53,641 nucleotides of DNA, from positions 1 through 53,641 of the forward strand of contig KE561162.1 in the NCBI GenBank assembly GCA_000442015.1. The letters are read 5' to 3'. A program made the position numbers and the translations under genes. Below, piece by piece: positions 48,100 through 53,641 of the stretch (position 1 is the stretch's first letter; every line of letters begins with the position of its first letter). The notes under the pieces were generated by a model. The model saw nothing but the letters and a program-made list of their open reading frames with translations, was not told the origin of the DNA and ran no database searches. Origin of the DNA: Rozella allomycis CSF55. Taxonomy: Eukaryota.

Positions 48100-48745
48100 T
48101 GATCCATGATTTTTTGTTAGTAACCATTTCATCGCATTCAAAGGGAGAATAACTTCCTTTAGATTGAAGTTTCAATTACCCTGATCCGTCACTCTGACGG
48201 AGTCGATTCGCCCATGTAGGTGGCAAATTGGCAATCGCTATTTGGAACATCCATCGCGAATGTTGAACTGGATTGGGTGTGAACTCAGGGATAGTAATGT
48301 AATTGCAATATCATTGGGATCTTGCCATCAATTATTGGTATTGGAAAAATATTTCAATCAATAATTGAGATATTGGAGATAGCAACAACTTTTAGATATA
48401 TTTCGGTCGAAATAAGAGTCTAAGACCGTTTTTCTAATTGAACTCTTTAGTTAATTCAAACAAAAACTATTTTTTGATTCAGACTTCAAAATTCTTCTAA
48501 CATTAATGAACCATTAACCATTTTAAAAAAGTTCGTCTTTTCGTTTTAAAAGGAAACTCAAAAGAAATTATACAATAATCAGAGATATCTGGTTTCTCCA
48601 AAACTTCACCTACAACTTTAATCCAATCATTACAATCAGATTGAAAAGATTGCAAGAATAAATTGCTTTTATCTTTTTCATATTCAAATGTTCCATCGAA
48701 AACTTGATAAACCGTAAACGTGAATACAAAAGCTTCTTTTAGCAT
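48100..48745 (-). pseudogene. Degenerate ORF, possibly ADF-H (cofilin/twinfilin)-like
   Basis: DYCIISFEF...RTFLKW and a later KSSIRK segment loosely fit ADF-H; downstream frames have stops that I could not splice out. Confidence 0.25.
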
Positions 48746-48882
48746 TAAAGGGAAATGTTTTTTTAGTAAAATTGTTTTTTAATCTTTGAATTAATTTTAA
48801 TAAAACACCAGAGTTTTCATTAATTTAATAATTACAAAAAAAATCAGTCCTTTTCACAGTACCCAGACCCTTGGCAAACTTA

Positions 48883-49489
48883 ATGACATTTCAAGCACCG
48901 CAGACACCCATCGCAGCGCTTGGATCACCTCTACCATCCACCCAAGAATCAGCGGCGATTACGTTACAGGATGTGACTGATGAAATAACACACGCGGATA
49001 GAATCAAGAAAATCAAAACTGTTGATTCTGCACTAATAACACCGGCTATTCTTTGCGAGGTAACTAATTATATAATATGTATTAATCTAGACGAAGATAT
49101 ACGAGCATCAAATGTTGCATACTGCTGTTACTAATGCTAACCCTGCGAATGTGGCGCCCCTTTGGGCTGAAGAATTGATTGCCAATAATCAAACATTAAT
49201 GAACAGTACAAGAACTTTGATGAACAGGACAAGCCCTGAGTTGCTGGCACAACGTTTGATGAACGAGTCTGCGGCTCAGATGAGCCATCCTATCACTCTC
49301 ACAAATCATCCAGACACGGGAGCCCCTCCGCCGCAGATAAATGTGAATACAGTGCATGATCTGGCCAATGTGGGTGCTCAGCAAGTGACCTTGCTGACAA
49401 CGTTTTATGGGATTAATGTCGCCAACATGAATGCCATGCAACGGAAACGGGCCCTTGCTGCCTTGCTTCATGTCAAATTGCTATTGTGA
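48883..49489 (+). CDS. Mug135-like family protein (two exons)
   Basis: Intron 49060-49090 restores the frame. APLWA, short coiled coil, QRLMN, GAPPP, T..DL, LTTFYG...RKRALA.LL, as in the Mug135-like C-terminal domain. Confidence 0.6.
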
Positions 49490-49862
49490 ACAAGTGCTCG
49501 TTAACTGGAAGGGGAAGTCTCAAAATGAATAAATTTTAAAAATAACATGAATTTCTAAAGTTGCAATTTTAGCACTTGATATTTCTATTTTCTTGTCCCT
49601 CTCAATTGGCCAAATAGATCTTTATCGTTAACATGAAACACACCTCTATATTTTTCTCACAAATCAACATTCATGATGTCATGTTTGACCAACTTTAATC
49701 TTTGATAACCCATATTCCTATGAAACTTATTAATAGCATATGACTAAAATTACCTACCCAGAAAATATAGTCATGATGGAAATGTGATTATGACGTAGTA
49801 CTTGCCAGTTGCCATTACATTTTATCTATTTACCAATAAAATAAGGCACAATAAATAATGAG

Positions 49863-50425
49863 GAGTTTTCATTATTTTAATAATTACAAAAAAAGATCAG
49901 TCCTTTTCACATTAACGCATACCCTTGGCAAAGTTAATGACATTTCAAGCACCGCAGACACCCATCCCAGCGCTTGGATGCAATAGCACATGCTGATAGA
50001 ATAAAGAGAATCAAAAATGTTGATTCTGCATTAATAACACCGGATATGCTTTAATCTAGGCGAAAATATACGAGCATCAAATGTTGCACACTGCGGTTAC
50101 CAACGCCAATCCTGCGAATGTGGCGCCACTTTGGGCTGAAGAATTGATTGCCAATAATCAAACATTAATGAACAGTACAAGAACGTCGGATGGCTCATCT
50201 GAACCGCAGTCTCGTTCATCAAACGTTGAGCCCGTAGCTCAGGGCTTGCCCTGTTCAACAACGTTCTTGTCCTGTTCATCAATGTTTTTGGCAATCAATT
50301 CTTGAGCCCAAAGTGGTGCCACATTTGCAGGATTGGTTAGTAACCGCTGTATGCAACATTTGATGCTCGTAATCTTTCGCCTAGATCAATACAAAAGCAT
50401 TCCGGTGTTATCACTGCAGAACAAC
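49863..50425. repeat. Inverted-repeat pseudocopy of the Mug135-like gene (arms 50019-50186 and 50261-50425), preceded by a copy of its 5' flank
   Basis: 49863-50186 is a direct degenerate copy of about 48811-49215; about 50188-50425 is the reverse complement of about 49021-49290; no N at the junction. Confidence 0.85.
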
Positions 50426-50537
50426 ACCTGTTGTAAAGAAAGTATGTTATTCCGACCCAAAATGACCCTATACTTTCTTTCAAATTTTTGTAAAAGCATT
50501 ATTCGATTTCAGGAAATTTAGAAATTAGATATTCTAA

Positions 50538-53502
50538 ATGACTGATCATGAAGTCATAAAGTCCATTCTCGGTGTAGATTTTAATTCTCCTGTTGTAAAA
50601 ATACATTAAAATTGCAAACAGCTTAAACACCTCAAGGAAGAGTTTGAACAAGAAAATCTTGCGTTGGAGTTTTCCCAGGAGACTATTGACAGAGTTTTGT
50701 TTTCATTGTTATCTAATGCTAAAAAGACACCATCTATAGATATATTGTTTAAGCTCTACAAGCGTTGTCTTGAAAGAAATGAGAAGGTCGTTCAGTCACT
50801 TAGAGAATTGATAGTGTCATATACGGGATTGTTGTTTCAAATGCCAAGCATGTTTGAAAAGTAATTTTGCGGATATTTGGTTTGATAGAAATGAACATCC
50901 TACTATTGAGGGGATTGTTGGTGATGAAAAGGGGGAAATGTTTTGGAATGATTTTCTACAACGATTTCAAAATGATGCAGAGTTTCCAAGTGTATATTAT
51001 TAGTTATTGTAAAATAGATCATTGAAATGATGACAATGTCACTTGTTTTACCTTTACGAGCGAAAAGATTGGTTGATGGCGACTATCGAGATATTGTGTC
51101 TGTAAGTTCAATTTCTGATTATAAAATAGAAATTCAAAAGTTTATTAAAAAACAAAATAATTGCAGAACAAATTTCCAGATTAGATTCTTTCAATTTGAC
51201 TAATTTGCAGAGTGCTAGAGATTTTGAAATTCGATCCATACTAGGGCCATTTTTCAGACTTTCATTTTTTCCTGATTTAGATGTAAAATAGAAATTAGAA
51301 AATTAATAAAGAATGAAACAAAGAATGTCTATTTTCCAAATGTTGAAAGAGTGACAAGAAATGAAATTGAATCAGCTAATTATACTCTTGTATCTATTTT
51401 TAAAAGCCTTGCTGTAAAATAAGTTTGCTGACTTCCTTTAGATTGACTTGAATGAAATTTCAATGACATTTTTAAAGGCATCTTCAGTTTCAAAGGAGAA
51501 TTTCTTAGGATTTTTGACCAAAGTGATAAATTTGAATAAGAAGAGAGCTGGAATGCAAGCTGACATGGAAACAGTTGGCACTGAAGGATTCATGCTAAAC
51601 ATTTTATACCTTTTGCTTTCTCTATGCAATCCATTTTTAAATGAAGAAAAAGTAAATATTTTAGCGTTAATTTTTTCTAGTTTAAGCTTGTTGATAAAGA
51701 ATACTTTAAACATTCAAATAGAATTCAATTGGACGATGAAACAAGAATAACTCTTTCTCAAGAAGAGGCCTCAAAATATTTTGGTATCTCAATTAATATT
51801 TCGCATTCAATTAGCGTCTGATTTGCAGCAATGTAATTTTATTTCAGATTGTTTCTATTTAACAATGACTTTCCTTCATTTAGGATTGTTAAAGTCTATC
51901 GATATCATGACTGAAAAATCTAAAGAAATAAATGAACTACGTGAAGCGATAAAAAGAATTGAAAGTTCATCAAATTTTAATCCCCTCAACGATGCTTTAA
52001 AAAAGAAATGGCAAGATTCAATTGACCAGGGTGTTAGGGATATTCTAATTTATGAAAGCGTTTTAAAAGACGCAGAAATTATTAATTCAATTCATCAATT
52101 ATATTCCTGTTTCATTAATTATATTTTTACAGACTTTAATTTGGCTGAACCGTTTCCAAAATATTTTAGTCATTTCCCTCAATATTACATTGAAGATTTG
52201 TGTGAATTTTATGTTTATCTTTCTCGCTTTGATCCTCAATGTTTAAACCAACTCAATCTTTTACCAGTCATTAAACTATCTATAGTAATCACTACCAGCA
52301 ATGAATTGAGAAATCCTTTCATTAAATCCAAATTTATCCAAGTAAAAATTAATTCATTTCTTGATTTCTGTTTATTGCTGGTTGGTTCCATTATTCTGAT
52401 CCATACGTGGGTGTCAACCAACAGTTGTTTCATGACCCATTTGTTGTTTCTCACTTTATCCCGTCATTAATTCAATTCTACATTGGTAATTCCTTGCTTT
52501 AATCTTTATTTAGATGCTGAAAGCACTGGCGCTTCATCGCAATTTTATGACAAGTTTAGCATTCGTTATGAAATCTCTCTAATCTTCAAATTCTTATGGA
52601 AGCTAGATGATCATCATAAAAGAATGATCCAAAGCTTCAAAACTAAAGAAAATATCAGGTTTTTTAATCTCTTATTAAATGACATCACCTACCTCCTCGA
52701 CGAATCCTTAACAAAACTAACTGAAATAAATAAACTACAGCATGAGCTAGAAAACAATTCCTTGAGTCAAAATGAAAGATCTGAAAAAGAAAAAACTTTA
52801 TATCGTACAGAAAGGCAAGTTACATCAACACTTACACTTGGAAATGCAACTCTGGAAATGCTGAAAATGATAACATCAAAGGTCACTGAACCATTCTTTG
52901 CCCCAGAAATTGTAGAGCGTTTAGCGGCCGCTCTCAATTACCATCTATCGCAACTGGTTGGTCCTTCATGCATTGAACTAAAAGTCAGGAATCCAGAAAA
53001 GTACAAATTCAATCCAAAAGGTCTCTTAAGTGATCTCATAGATCTCTACTTGAATCTCTCTTCGCAACCATTCATTGCTGCTCTTTCAAAAGATCAAAGA
53101 TCTTTTAAATTTGCAAATTTCGAACGAGCTGCGCAGATTATGAGCAGGAGCATGTTAAAGTCGCCATCTCAGATTGAAAAATGGATAGATATCGGCAAAA
53201 GGGTTCTTGATGCGCAAAAAGATAACAAAGATGATGAAGAAGCTATGGGCGAGATTCCCGATGAGTTTTTGGATCCTGTCATGTTTACACTGATGGAAGA
53301 TCCGGTTATTTTACCTACTAGCAATGTCACTGTGGATAGGAGCACTATTGCTTTGCATTTGCTGAATGACAAGTCTGATCCGTTCAATAGGCAGCCGTTG
53401 GATGAGTCTATGTTAATACCAAGTAAGTTGATGTTGGAAATTTAAAAAGATGTAAAATTGTTGGAAAGGATTAACGAATTTAAATCACGAAATAAAAAAT
53501 GA
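50538..53502 (+). CDS. UFD2: U-box E4 ubiquitin ligase (multi-exon)
   Basis: [49 protein letters not shown]-box [18 protein letters not shown]...DPFNRQPL. Confidence 0.95.
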
Positions 53503-53641
53503 TTTAATTATTATTTGCATGTTTATTTTGCTATATTCTTAAGCCTAGTAGGCTAGTAGCCTAGTAAAACCAAAAATTAAAACTATACAAATGTGTATGT
53601 ATCATTGTATCATGTTGAAAGATGGGTAAAAGTTAACACAA

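Noticed and set aside
53543-53566. gcctagta-type short repeat
   Set aside because: Only three 8-nt units near the window edge; too little to interpret.
1-53641. CRISPR arrays, prokaryotic operons, alternative genetic code
   Set aside because: The sequence is eukaryotic and intron-containing, with no repeat-spacer array. Apparent in-frame stops are explained by introns, Ns or one nonsense mutation, and TAA, TAG and TGA all serve as normal stops.

Overview
Compact, AT-rich eukaryotic genomic DNA with about 35 protein-coding genes or gene fragments. Most are split by tiny (~20-35 nt) GT-AG introns and separated by very short intergenic spacers. Flagellar/centriolar genes (CEP70-like, FAM166/CIMIP2-like), COP1, SKA1 and ARMC7 alongside fungal-type housekeeping genes (Mdj1, HIR1, MSS4, PAH1, UFD2) suggest an early-diverging zoosporic fungus-related parasite (Rozella/Cryptomycota-like; inference only). 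About 24 single Ns, mostly flanked by slightly divergent duplicates, look like haplotype or assembly joins and break several genes. Most notable: (1) a tandem array of intronless signal-peptide + F-box-like + LRR genes with shared upstream motifs, plus a separate secreted F-box protein (candidate host-SCF-hijacking effectors); (2) a Mug135-like gene followed by a promoter-bearing, inverted-repeat (hairpin) pseudocopy of itself; (3) a tRNA-derived SINE-like element with a poly(A) tail and a perfect 14-bp TSD; (4) a strongly divergent histone H4; (5) AT-rich domains with G-to-C strand-skew inversions. All calls are by eye from motifs, no database searches were run, and exon boundaries are approximate.
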